A stretch of 64,000 nt of DNA, taken from positions 6,514,110-6,578,109 of the forward strand of contig CM082584.2 of assembly GCA_040954595.2 (NCBI GenBank), given 5' to 3'. The notes below the pieces were generated by a model. It was not told the origin of the DNA and made no database searches. It worked only from the letters and a program-made list of their open reading frames with translations. The position numbers and the translations under genes are program-made. Origin of the DNA: Balanoglossus misakiensis. Its lineage: Eukaryota > Animalia > Hemichordata. Shown here one piece after another: positions 40,927 through 52,091 of this stretch. Each line of letters begins with the position of its first letter. Position 1 is the first letter of the stretch.

Positions 40927-43077
40927 TATCTTGATTTATCTTGATTGCCATGATTTAAATCATGGCCAGTCAGGGAAGGAAGCCTTTTGGCTTATATAAT
41001 CCCTCATTGTCCTTTGTAGCTGTCAAGTCTTATTTTGAAGTCCAGAACAGTTTTAGCATCAACAATATGTGTAGGTAGTTTGTTCCATTCAGCTATAATC
41101 CGTTGGGTGAAGAAGAATTTCCTGCAGTCCAGGCGAAAGCATGATTTTGCTAATTTAAGTGAGTGCCCCCTTGTCCTGTGATGTTGACTGAATGTGAACA
41201 GTACGTCTGGGGAAACTCTATCTATTCCTTTCACAATCCTGAATACTTGTATCATGTCCCCTCTTGTTCTTCTTTCTTCTAAAGTTGTCAGTTTAAGTTC
41301 TTTTAACCTGGATTCATAACTGAGATGGCTAAGCTCTGGTATCAGTTTTGTTGCTCTTCGTTGTACTTTTTCGACTAATTCAACATCCTTAGTATAGTGT
41401 GGGTTCCAGTATTGTACAACATATTCAATGTGGGGTCTAACCAGTGACTTGTATAGTTGCATAATATTGAACTTTGTCTTGTACTTTATATTCCTTTTAA
41501 TAACTCCAAGGGCTCTATTTGCTTTCTTTACTGCTTCAGCACAGTGTCGACTTGTCTTCATGGAATTATGAATAAGCACCCCCAGATCCTTTTCCTCTTC
41601 AACTGGAGTGAGTGCTTTCATGGTGTAGTTAAATGATGGATTTGTTGATCCCACATGCATTACCTTACATTTGTCAACATTAAATGACATCTGCCATTCC
41701 TCCGACCAAGCTTCAAGGTTGTCAAGATCTTTCTGGAATTTCTCCTTGTCCTCCTGATTCCTAACAATTCTGCCAAGTTTAGTGTCATCAGCAAACTTAA
41801 GGATCACTGACTTTACAGCATCGTCAATGTCATTAATATAAATCAGGAATAAGATGGGACCGAGCACGGACCCCTGTGGGACACCACTTGTAACTGTAGA
41901 CCACATAGATGCTGAACCATTTAATACTGTTCGCTGTGCTCTTCCATCTAACCAATTCTGTATCCATGACTTAATTTTACCGACGATGCCATGAGCTTCT
42001 AGTTTAGCCACCAACCTGGTGTGTGGGACCTTGTCAAAAGCTTTACTGAAATCCAGGTAGGCTATGTCGACTGGGTTTCCCTCATCCACAGATTTAGTAA
42101 CATATTCGAAGAACACCAGTAGATTTGTCACACAAGATAACCCTTTCCTGAAACCATGCTGACTATCCTTTATCAGTTTGTTTGTCTCCAAGTGGTCCAC
42201 AATGGCATTCCTAATTAGTGTCTCAAGTAGCTTACACAGGATTGAGGTTAGACTTACAGGTCTGTAGTTTCCAGTTTTGCACTTGGGCCCTTTTTTGTAT
42301 ATTGGTGTGACGTTGGCTTTCTTCCATACTTCTGGAACCGTTCCTTGTTGTAGTGTTGCATTGAAAATGACTGTGATTGGCCAAGCTAGCTCTTCTGCCA
42401 GTTCTCTCAGTACCTTTGGATGAATATTATCTGGCCCTGGCGTTTTAATGGGATTTAACTTTCTCAGTAGATTGAGTACATCTTCTTGTGTTACTATGAT
42501 ATCTGATAGAAATTTGTCAGTGTCACTAATTATCTGTTCAGGTTGTGGAATATTGCTTAGATCCTCCCTTGTGAACACAGATGCAAAGAAGTTATTTAGT
42601 AACTCAGCCATATCCTTATCTGTAACTACTGTTTCACCGGAATCATCCTTCAGTGGTCCAACTGTGTCCCTAGTTTTCTGTTTCTTCCTTATGTAGGCAT
42701 AGTAGCTTTTTGGATCCTTCTTAATATTCTTACAAAGTTCCTTTTCAAAGAGTCGTTTTGCTGTACGGATTTCTTGACACGTTTCTCTCTGTGCATGCTT
42801 GTAACTAACAAAGTCACTATAGTCTTTTGATTGTGTATATCTTTTCCAAGCATTATATTTCTTCCTAATTTTCTTTAGTACCTTCTTGTTAATCCACAAT
42901 GGTTGTTTTCTTTTCTTCTTATACTGCTGGGGTGTAAATTTAGTCACAGTTTCGTTGATAACATTTATCAGTTTATCCCAGCATTGCTCTACGTTGATTT
43001 CCCTGAAAGTTTCTTCCCAATTTATGTGCTTTAAATGTTCCTTCATTCCTTTGTAGTCTGCCCTATTATAATTTAGC
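40927..43077 (-). mobile_element. 5'-truncated non-LTR retrotransposon (CR1 clade LINE)
   Basis: Uninterrupted ORF2 fragment, short 3'UTR with hairpin GCCATGATTTAAATCATGGC, tail (AATCAAGATA)2, possible GTATT TSD at 40922-26 and 43078-82. Confidence 0.9.
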
Positions 43078-43130
43078 GTATTGTCAGCAAAGTCGCGCTT
43101 TATTTGTCCACGTACAGTCACCGGCAACAT
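41004..43130 (-). CDS. LINE ORF2 reverse transcriptase (endonuclease domain missing)
   Basis: PGPDNIHP, NYRPVSLTS, QHGFRKG, YLDFSKAFDKVPH, GVPQGSVLGPILFLIYIND, FADD, EKDLGV, RTRGHSLKL. Homology starts near LNYNRADY (~43075); the first ~17 codons are probably flanking DNA. Confidence 0.93.
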   Translation of the reverse strand: MLPVTVRGQIKRDFADNTLNYNRADYKGMKEHLKHINWEETFREINVEQCWDKLINVINETVTKFTPQQYKKKRKQPLWINKKVLKKIRKKYNAWKRYTQSKDYSDFVSYKHAQRETCQEIRTAKRLFEKELCKNIKKDPKSYYAYIRKKQKTRDTVGPLKDDSGETVVTDKDMAELLNNFFASVFTREDLSNIPQPEQIISDTDKFLSDIIVTQEDVLNLLRKLNPIKTPGPDNIHPKVLRELAEELAWPITVIFNATLQQGTVPEVWKKANVTPIYKKGPKCKTGNYRPVSLTSILCKLLETLIRNAIVDHLETNKLIKDSQHGFRKGLSCVTNLLVFFEYVTKSVDEGNPVDIAYLDFSKAFDKVPHTRLVAKLEAHGIVGKIKSWIQNWLDGRAQRTVLNGSASMWSTVTSGVPQGSVLGPILFLIYINDIDDAVKSVILKFADDTKLGRIVRNQEDKEKFQKDLDNLEAWSEEWQMSFNVDKCKVMHVGSTNPSFNYTMKALTPVEEEKDLGVLIHNSMKTSRHCAEAVKKANRALGVIKRNIKYKTKFNIMQLYKSLVRPHIEYVVQYWNPHYTKDVELVEKVQRRATKLIPELSHLSYESRLKELKLTTLEERRTRGDMIQVFRIVKGIDRVSPDVLFTFSQHHRTRGHSLKLAKSCFRLDCRKFFFTQRIIAEWNKLPTHIVDAKTVLDFKIRLDSYKGQ

Positions 43131-44116
43131 TTTTAAAGATCGTTTTTGTCAATATTTATTTTGTTTTAATTGTGATTATTATTATTATTATTCTAAGAAG
43201 GTCATCAGACAAATTCTAAGACTTTTTGAGAACATACGTAGTATGATTGTGAAAATTTGGAGATCATCTCAACCTCGCAACTGCGCCACCAGTGTCCAGG
43301 TTGATACACTATTTTGTAAACCTCGAAATATTCTGTCAGACAACAATATAAGAATTGTGATTCTCATAATAAAAAAAAACATCTTATTTTTTGGTATAAA
43401 TCGGTAATACTAACACAGAACAGAGATCTTTTGGATGTTCAATGCTTTTGATTTATATTAATTATCGTTTGCAACCAAGAAAACAGATAATTAATATTAC
43501 CTTGATCTGACAATATATTGTACAACAAATGTCTGCATTTTGATCAACTTTTTCTTTAGTAAAACGATATAAATTTCTCTCATTTTATGAAACATGTCAA
43601 TACGATGTGTCTTAGTAAAAACAATAAACAAAAAATAAGTTGCCGGTGGCGGCGCTGTGCAACACCTCACAGTATCACAGATCTTGAGCCAGAAATTCAT
43701 ATCATTGTCTCCCCCAGCCCTGTAACTGTTCGTGAGATTTTTGGTTCCCGTAAATACGATATTGGCAGTTAAATTAAAACTACACTTTGCTAATATGTGT
43801 CCGTGGTAAAAACACTGGTTACGTGCGTGCAGTGCGGCCAGCGACCCCCGACCACCCACGTTCCCCGGGCACAACACTATGCAAATATATGCGTACATTA
43901 CCAGTACCCTGTTCTACAAAATAAAAATGTGTATTTATTTGTCATGTTTATTTTACATATGAGAAAAACTTAACATTTCGGATTAACTATATTTTTCAAA
44001 TATTTAGTTATTTTCTAATTTACATAAAAACAAAAGGCACTGGGATTTTTTTGCACTTAATAGTTTACGAATTTTCTTCTCTCTTTTAGAAAATTAGTTC
44101 AGTAACAGTGCCCAAT

Positions 44117-47100
44117 ATGTCGTCCTCGTCGGGAAACAAGAATTTTCGGATGAGCGAAGGTGATTGGGTCTGTTCCGACCAAAAGTGAGTAAAACATGCG
44201 TTGTTTTGTTGTGGATGTGCAATTTAATCACAGAAGAGTTATTTTAATAAACCTTTTAACGCCTCGAAATGTTAAGTGAGACATGACGCGCAGTTCTTTG
44301 CTCACAGCTGTGAGTGTAAATCGAGTCGACTGCATCATGTACCATGGAGAAATCTACCAGTTTTAACATACAGAAGGTCCAGCTTGCTCTAAATGTCATC
44401 TCACAACTTTGTGTCATATTGTATCATGCAATATTCTATTTCTTTCCACAGATGTGGAAATGTGAACTTTGCAAGGAGGACAAGTTGCAATCGCTGTGGC
44501 AAAGGTATGATTGTGATTTTATAGCGATCACCTAATGCAAATATAGCTACAGACTAACTAGTACAGTTACCCATGGAGGTACTAAGAGACCTCCATGAAT
44601 TACCATAGCTTGTACAGATGAAACTTGACATCATTTCTGTATGTCTGATCTTTACCCACAGATAAGACCAATGTCAAGGTGAAATCAGGCGGCATTGAGA
44701 TTGGCAAAGCTGCCGCTGAGAAGAGTAAAGGACTGTTTAGTGCCAACGATTGGCAGTGTAAAACGTAAGTTCTGAACTTCTTCAATATATTGTTTTGTGA
44801 TATTGCAAGATATTTAATAATAGGTTATTTGAGTTGTGTGAGTGGTTGTGTTACGTTTTGTGACAATACAACAATGTACATGTACAGTCTATGAATTGAG
44901 AAGAGGTAGTACTAACACACATCATGTATGTTGATTTCTGTAATGATTCAATGTATGTATTGAAAAGTACAATGTAGTTACAGTGTGTAAAGTGTTAGTT
45001 CCATGCTAATGATATGTGAGTTGAAACCGATGTATGTATATGAATGTTGTAGTAGCACTGTAATGTGTCATCGATCGTCTACACACAAAGTTTGGTAACC
45101 TGAATACTCATCTATCCTTCACATCAAGCTTATACATGTACCTTCTTCTTTAATTACTGAACATGATAGCAAAGTCATGTTGACATATCACCGTTTGATA
45201 GTTGAGGACTTGCATTTGTTACTTTGCTTCCAACAGCTGTGGCAATGTGAACTGGGCTCGTCGGTCAACATGCAACATGTGTCACACGCCCAAGATTGGT
45301 AAGGTGGAAGAGCGCACTGGTTACGGCGGTGGTTACAATGAACGTGGAACGGTTGAATATGTTGCGAGGGATGACTCAGACGGAGAATACGACGAGGTAA
45401 ACGTATAACCATTTTGTATCAGGATGGTTACACCCCCTGGACATTTACGCTCTGATCCTACAGTTAGGTATAGGGTTGGGGTGAGTGTCCCAGCGGGTTG
45501 GTGTCCGGAGGGTGACTGTCCTAGAGCCAACCATGATTTTGAACAAGCATAGGAGTTTCTTGACCAGTCTTCAATTGAAGAAGCTAACTTGTGACCCGTA
45601 AACTTTGTTCTCCAAATGTAGAATGTAAACTTTATAAGGTTGCAGTCAAGTGAAGAAGCTAACTGTTTGTGGGACATGACAATCTGACATGACATGACAA
45701 TCTGGTCACTCATTGAGAAACTGAATGTTAACACTGTTGTCTGTTTTCTTCCTAACATGGTACAGTTCGGAAGAAAAAAGAAAAAGTTCCGTGGAAAAGA
45801 CGATGCACCTGGTAAAAATGATATCAAAGCTGTTGAAAAGGTGGAACAGAAAGAAAAAGAAGATGAAGAAGACGACGACGAAGATGGTGACCTTTCCAAG
45901 TATAACTTAGAATCTGATGAAGAGGACAGTGGTGATGATGCAGATATTTCTAAATATAAATTAGATTCAGATGTAAGTGGGCAAATTTTATTGATTTGTT
46001 TATGAGATATGTACAACTGTACTAAAGTTCTTGCAATACATTTCTCATGTTTGCGGTTGTCACGTTTACGCTTTGAATCCTTTTCATTATCATACTGGCA
46101 GAATCAATAATAGATCAGGGAGGCAGACTTATACAGATTTTACAAGTGCACACGTCAATTCGTTTTCACTGCGTATGTGCATACTATCAACCTACCTGTA
46201 TGTGTATCAGTGGTTGTGTTGTGTACAGTGAAACCTGTCTATTAAGGACACCTCTTGGACCAGAAAATCTGTCCTGATTTAGAGAGGTGTCACTGAAGTC
46301 TTTTGATGTGGTTTGAAGGCTACCAGGTGCTTTGTTCATGTAACACATCATGTAGGTCTGAAATGCACTGTATCCTTGGCTTTTGTGTTTGTAGAGTTAA
46401 AGTCATTTTATAAGTCGCAACGGTATTATAAGTCACACCCCTTCTTTGAAAGACTTGTTTGGGAGGAGATTTTAAGGAAATGAATACAACAGAACATTGG
46501 TATTATAAGTCGCACCCCCTTTTCGGCACACACTGTCACTCAAAAAAGGTGCGTCTTATAAAATGACTTTAACGGTCACGCTTTCACTCACAAGCCAGTA
46601 GTAATGTATTTCTTCATCTTTCTTGTCAAATACTACAGGATGATGATGAAGAGGGTGGTGATCTATCTAAATATGATCTGACTGCAAGTGATGAGGAGGA
46701 GTTACGCCTCAGGAAACGATCACGTTCGAGATCAGCGTCTTCGTATTCCAGATCGAGATCCCGGTCTCGATCGCGCTCCCGGTCCCGGTCCAGCTCTGAT
46801 TCCAGATCGTACTCCAGTAGAAGTAGAAGCTCCTCTAGGTCTAGGTCAAGGTAATTCGTGTATCGGTGAGACATTGCAAGAAGAAGAAGACTTCCTGGAT
46901 GGTTGTGTAGAGTGACATCTCTCGGATCCCGGTGTCAGATTGTTTTACACACACAAACTCACTCACACAGTCACACACACACACACCCACACACACACAC
47001 AATCTATGAAAATTAATTGCACCTTGAATTCACTGAATTAAGCTGTAAAACCTGTTAAAAAAATGTTTTCCCAATCTCACACCAATATATAATTATTTGG

Positions 47101-47961
47101 TCAGGGAAGAGTTTCGGTAATTATGTCTACATACCGTCATTGGATAACTTTTACTATTTTACTGAGAACTGTGCTGGCATAATTTTGACAGGTTTTACTG
47201 CTCTCAGTGATGTGCATAGTAGACAAACTTGGCGGGGCGGTGCAGGCTGAACTTTTGACGTCTCTTTGAATTCTCGCCTGCTCTTTCAGATCTCGTTCTA
47301 GTTCTTACGATTCGCGGAGCCGCTCCCGATCGGGATCTTCCAGCCGCCGGAAGCGCCACCACGGCTCCGGGTCACGCTCGCGCTCTTCGTCCCCGTCGAG
47401 GAGCAAGCGGAGGAGGAGGAGGGGGAGGAGCCACTCCAGTTCGCGATCCGACTCGCGCTCAAGATCACCGGAAAGGTTTGGGTATGGGTAAAGACCAATC
47501 AGGTGGCTTTTACGTCACCAACATGTTAAAATAATACACCACCATTTGTCTGCTTTGATCCAGACCTGGATCGCCAGTTTGTGCGCTGTGTTACGTCATT
47601 TTAGTCTTCTGTTTACCGTTGAAAAAATTAATTCAACTTTTAGATCATTCCGATGAGCGAGACAGTGAACAGATAGAAAATGAATTTATTTGAAATTGCA
47701 AATACATCAACTGAAATTTGTGCACACCTATGAAGCGATCGTCTCAATATTTTAAAGAATTTAAACTATATTTCAGTGTCATTATCCACCAAGCACACTA
47801 GTCTAGTGGTGTGGCTAAATTTCAAGCCCCCGTCCCCCAAAGTACAGTAAAGACTAGACTTGCATTTCAAAATCTGATTTGTACACAGTTCACGTTGAGC
47901 ATCTACGATAACATGTTATTTCCCCATTTTGTTTTGCAGGAGCAGTTCGAAGAAGACGTGA
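44117..47961 (+). CDS. ZRANB2: Zinc finger Ran-binding domain-containing protein 2 (SR-like splicing factor); join(44117..44184,44452..44504,44662..44764,45237..45396,45766..45972,46639..46850,47290..47475,47940..47961)
   Basis: [40 protein letters not shown]...GGIEIGKAAAEKSKGLFSANDWQCKTCGNVNWARRSTCNMCHTPK..VEERTGYGGGYNER..DGEYDEFGRKKKKFRG, then an acidic DLSKY region, an RS domain and the end RSSSKKT*. All splice phases are consistent; the last exon is less certain. Confidence 0.95.
46224..46372. mobile_element. Degenerate TA-flanked MITE (CAGTGAAACC family) in a ZRANB2 intron
   Basis: TA-CAGTGAAACCTGTCTATTAAGGACACCTC...GAGAGGTGTC...CACTG-TA. Confidence 0.5.
46396..46575. mobile_element. 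pogo/Tc2-like MITE in a ZRANB2 intron
   Basis: TIR GTTAAAGTCATTTTATAAG ... CTTATAAAATGACTTTAAC; internal repeated GGTATTATAAGTC(A/G)CACCC. Confidence 0.65.
46947..47000. repeat. (CA)n microsatellite, imperfect
   Basis: acacacacaaactcactcacacagtcacacacacacacacccacacacacacac. Confidence 0.85.
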
Positions 47962-48256
47962 TCGCAGAGGGCCTAATAGATTTACAGGAATTGTAAAGAA
48001 TACATTTGTAAAGAAGTTTGTGAGTGCGTAGGCTTTTAATTTGAATCACTGTATTATGCAAGTCACATCTCTTGCACTACACGTCCAGGGGGAAATTTTG
48101 AACATGCCATTGTTGCTTTGATAATGTCGCGGGACCGTGGTAGCCATAACAATATGCCTTAGTTCTTTGCCTTGAAGACACGAAAATCAGTCACCTGTGT
48201 CCCGATAAACCTCTCGTTTAATCACTCAGTGTGTTTGTTGAATTCAATCGGTATAA

Positions 48257-48262
48257 AATAAA
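48257..48262 (+). promoter_or_regulatory. Candidate proximal polyadenylation signal of ZRANB2
   Basis: First AATAAA ~295 nt after the stop; alternatives near 49864 and 49885. Confidence 0.35.
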
Positions 48263-51200
48263 AACTTATTAAACCACGGTACGGTAGTACCTGTCTGGTT
48301 AAAAGTCAGAGGGTAGAAGAAATTGAGGATTAACATGTAGTTTAATTTGTCACTGGTTTTCAATGAAAGAATTATGAAATGCCATCTTGCCATTGCGTTA
48401 CTCGAGTACGCACAATATGCAGTGCTTTTGAACTACCATGGTAATTAAAAAAAAAAGAAACCTCATTTTAGCGAAATATTTTTCATTTTTTGCGTAATTA
48501 TTGAATTTAAAAAAAGTCCCCCTGTTTTGTAGACCCACTCCCCCCACCCTTCACAGCTGTCTTTTGTAACTTTGCCAAATATCTCTTCATCCCCCCTGTC
48601 CCTGTGTCCCATATTTCATTTCAACATCAGCAGTGTAGAAGCCAAAGGTAGGTGTGTACATCTTAATTGGAAATGACGCCCGCAAATCTTGATCCTGGGT
48701 TGAGAAGCGAGTTGTGTCGCAAATAATAATAGCATTTAGTTTTTATGCCATCCTTGAAGAAGACGATATTGTAGTCTAGACTAGTGCAGGTTCTTTGCAC
48801 TCTACGCTGAAGTCAATGATGTACTTTGTTAGCCATGTTTTGAAATTTAATGGCAAGATTTCAACAAGTCTACAAGCCTTCGTTATGTGCTGTGTTGTGT
48901 TCATGGAATTTGTCTGCTTGTTGGCGGTTTCTGCCATATTTAGTTTTACAATTTAGCAGTTAAAATTAATTGATGAATCTGATTCTGGAATACCTTGATC
49001 CTAAAGAGATTGGATAATGATGAATATGCCAGAAACTATATTGTTATGATAATTTTATTCGACTCAAATTGAAATTATTTGTGAATTTTGGTATATGGCG
49101 TAAAGAATAGGATCTAGTAGGGCTTAATTGATTTGAAGTTTTATGTTCAAAAACTCTGATATTATCAGTCCTGAATTTTGTGGCTACTAAGAAGTACATC
49201 TCCAACAAAATGCAAGTTGGAAGTTTTTAGTGTTGAAAGACAATGCCTTTTATGTCGAATCATCTCAGTGTGTGTGTGATTGAATGAATTGAGTTCTGTC
49301 TTTCCATGATTGCCAAAGTAGTTTGTAAGTTAAATATGTTGCACATAATCTGTGACGGAAAAATGTTTTGTGTGCCGTCCAATGTTTTCATGAATAAACT
49401 AGTCCTTAACAGTCGAAATTTGGTTCAGTGGTGTTTTCCAAAAAAACGTTGCGGCAAGTTTAGTATTGTACACACTGAACTGTGGCCAGCTGATGGCCTG
49501 TTTTGAAGGAGTCACCTTCACAAAATACTACACCATAGTAAATGTCCCATAATTCAGACGTGCAGTACACTGTAGTACAGCGAGTCACCATTTGTCCCCA
49601 ATTCAATTTTGAAGATGTTTTCATCAGCAAATGATTCGGATGCATCCTGTACTTGATTCATTTTGTGTTCAGTGCATTGCTTCAGAGCAGATTTTTTGTA
49701 AGCCAAACTTGCAAATAAGATTTTCTTGCCAGTGTAACTACCAAAATCGCATTGCGATGGCTACTATCACTCTTCAGTTTTTAGGAAATTAAAAGCCTTG
49801 TGTCTTAATTTTGTGTTGATTTATTGATTATGTATGATTTATGTGTTGTGCAAACTCCCATGAAATAAACTGAATGTACCCCAGAATAAATGTTGCCCCT
49901 CATTCTTAGTTGGTTCGAATGGCTCAGCTTTTCTGAATTGATTACAAGTAGATTAAAGGAAAACGGTCACCTATGGAAAATTAGCTATAGTTACCATGGC
50001 AAATTGAGATCTAGCCAATCACAGATGTTCAGTGGGTGGCACACGCGAAAAAAGAGCGCCATCATGTGTTCTTTAGAACGCCATCTAAGCAATATAGGGC
50101 CATGAGGAAACACAAGAGGATGAAAAGACGTCAAAACTGGCATATTTTCTTTTTTGGTTTACTGCAAAATTATCATCCAACCAGGTGAAAACACACTGCT
50201 AAAAGATTAACTCGAAAATTCACTTCGTGTGCGTCGGCGCTGGCCTTTTGCGGTTCGATGTACTGATGCGCCCGATTGTTGTTTATTCCCGAAGGTTTTA
50301 ATCCAGTTGAATTTTAAAAAGCTTTCCTCAAAAGGTCGGGTCATTCGAAGGACATGCACCGATATCGCTGAATGAAATCTAATATCACAGTTCAATAAGA
50401 GGAGGTCCCAGGGGTATTTTTTTCGATATGTGCGATGTGAACCTGAATGATTAAGATGGTAAGTTGTCAGTCTTTCTTCAATGTACATGTCTTCAGATTA
50501 GGATTACAGATAGCAGCCACGTTTGAGTAAAGAAGCAATTTTTAAGAACTTGAAAATTTCTAAATGTCAAGAAAATAGATCGGAGTTAACACAGACATTG
50601 GCAGCCATTTTGAAAACTAAAAATCTGACGGTATAGCTAAATATGAGAAACATGTAAGAAAACTTATTTTGGCAGTTTAGATGTGCTACTGGTAGTACCT
50701 TAACATGGAAATAAATAATGCGATTCGATATCAAAACTTGATTAATAATAATCACGGTTACTTTTAATCCAGGTGAGAATTGTTCGTGTTTTCAATTTGT
50801 GGGAATCAGCAAATACAATAAATCTCTCTTCAGTACGATTTATAAGGTTTTTTCATGGACCTGTAATCTCCATCAGATCTAAGGGTCTTGTTTACTTCCG
50901 TTGACAAACAACTTCTGGCGTCTTATAAGTGTCCACTGGACATACATCACTCGACATACACCATCAATTCACTTGGATACCAAACAAGTGTCTGTTTCTA
51001 TGGTGATGAATATATTCCCACTCGTCATGTCGGTACTCCATTGGGACCTTGGGAAATTAATTTTTAAATTGGTGAATCTATCAGACTTATTGGCGAAGCA
51101 CAGTAATCTTGTTATTAATCCGGTGTTGAAAAAAGTGCCCAAAGTTCTGTTCAGTGTCACGTGTCTGTCGGATGAACTTGATTGATTCTTGCGCAATTCC

Positions 51201-51761
51201 GTTGTTATTATTCATAGTTTGTGAATTTTTCATGGGCTTCACACCGGAATTCAACGTGGGAAGTCAACGTATTTTTGTGTGAATTGAACTATGAAAACAG
51301 GTCAATGAACATGAATCAGTGTGAAGAAGAACAACACAAAACCTAAAAGCTCATACTGATTACTGAATTCACCATCAAACCCATATTTTGTGTTTCACAA
51401 CAGAACTACATTACTATAGGTCAGATAATAGGTAAATGTAGTGAACTTTAGTAGTAGAGAAGAAATGTATCAAAAAATGATCTGAAAATCAAACCTTTTA
51501 GCACCGTTTGGCCTCTGTAAGAAAAACAGCCATATGACTAAATACTTTTGTTAACATTAATTAACAGTGAATGGATATGGCGGGTTTTGTAAAAAGCAGA
51601 CTATGAAATAGTTGACCGACTGAAGTCTCTTGGGTCGTTGCCCAGATAGGACATCAATTTCTGATTTACGTGAATGAGTGTCGATCTCCTATAATTTGCA
51701 TACAGGTGATCAAGCTAATAGTCTCGTGAAATCTGCAGATGACGGCGTGGTGACTGGTTTT

Positions 51762-51958
51762 CCTGGGTTATTGCCAATGAAAATTGTCAACAAAATGAGA
51801 AATTCCCGACTTTGAGAACTTTGGTGATTGTGTCATTCTCGGACATTTTTCATGGGTTATAGCTCATGAAAATTGTCCAAAAATGAGACATTCCCGACTT
51901 TGAGAACTTTGGTGATTGTGTCATTTTCGGACATTTTTCATGGGTTATAGCCACGAAA
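51762..51958. repeat. Diverged 88-bp satellite variant (about 2.2 units)
   Basis: CATGGGTTATAG recurs at 51851 and 51939 (88 apart); it shares CATGGGTTATAGCTCATGAAAAT..CC.AAAATGA...CGACTTTG with the main array but has a different second half. Confidence 0.85.
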
Positions 51959-52091
51959 AGCAACGTTACGGGATGAATGCGGAATGGTCGGGCAATCATT
52001 CGCCTCGGGCCGTAATAAAAAAGTTTTACTTTTAACTTTTAGTTTTAACAAGAAAACGTTTTATGCGTGACCAATAAGAGAGAAAATTTAT

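Noticed and set aside
45333-46016. 227-aa minus-strand ORF, and similar ones at 46626-46874 and 47298-47498
   Set aside because: Antisense shadows of low-complexity ZRANB2 exons.
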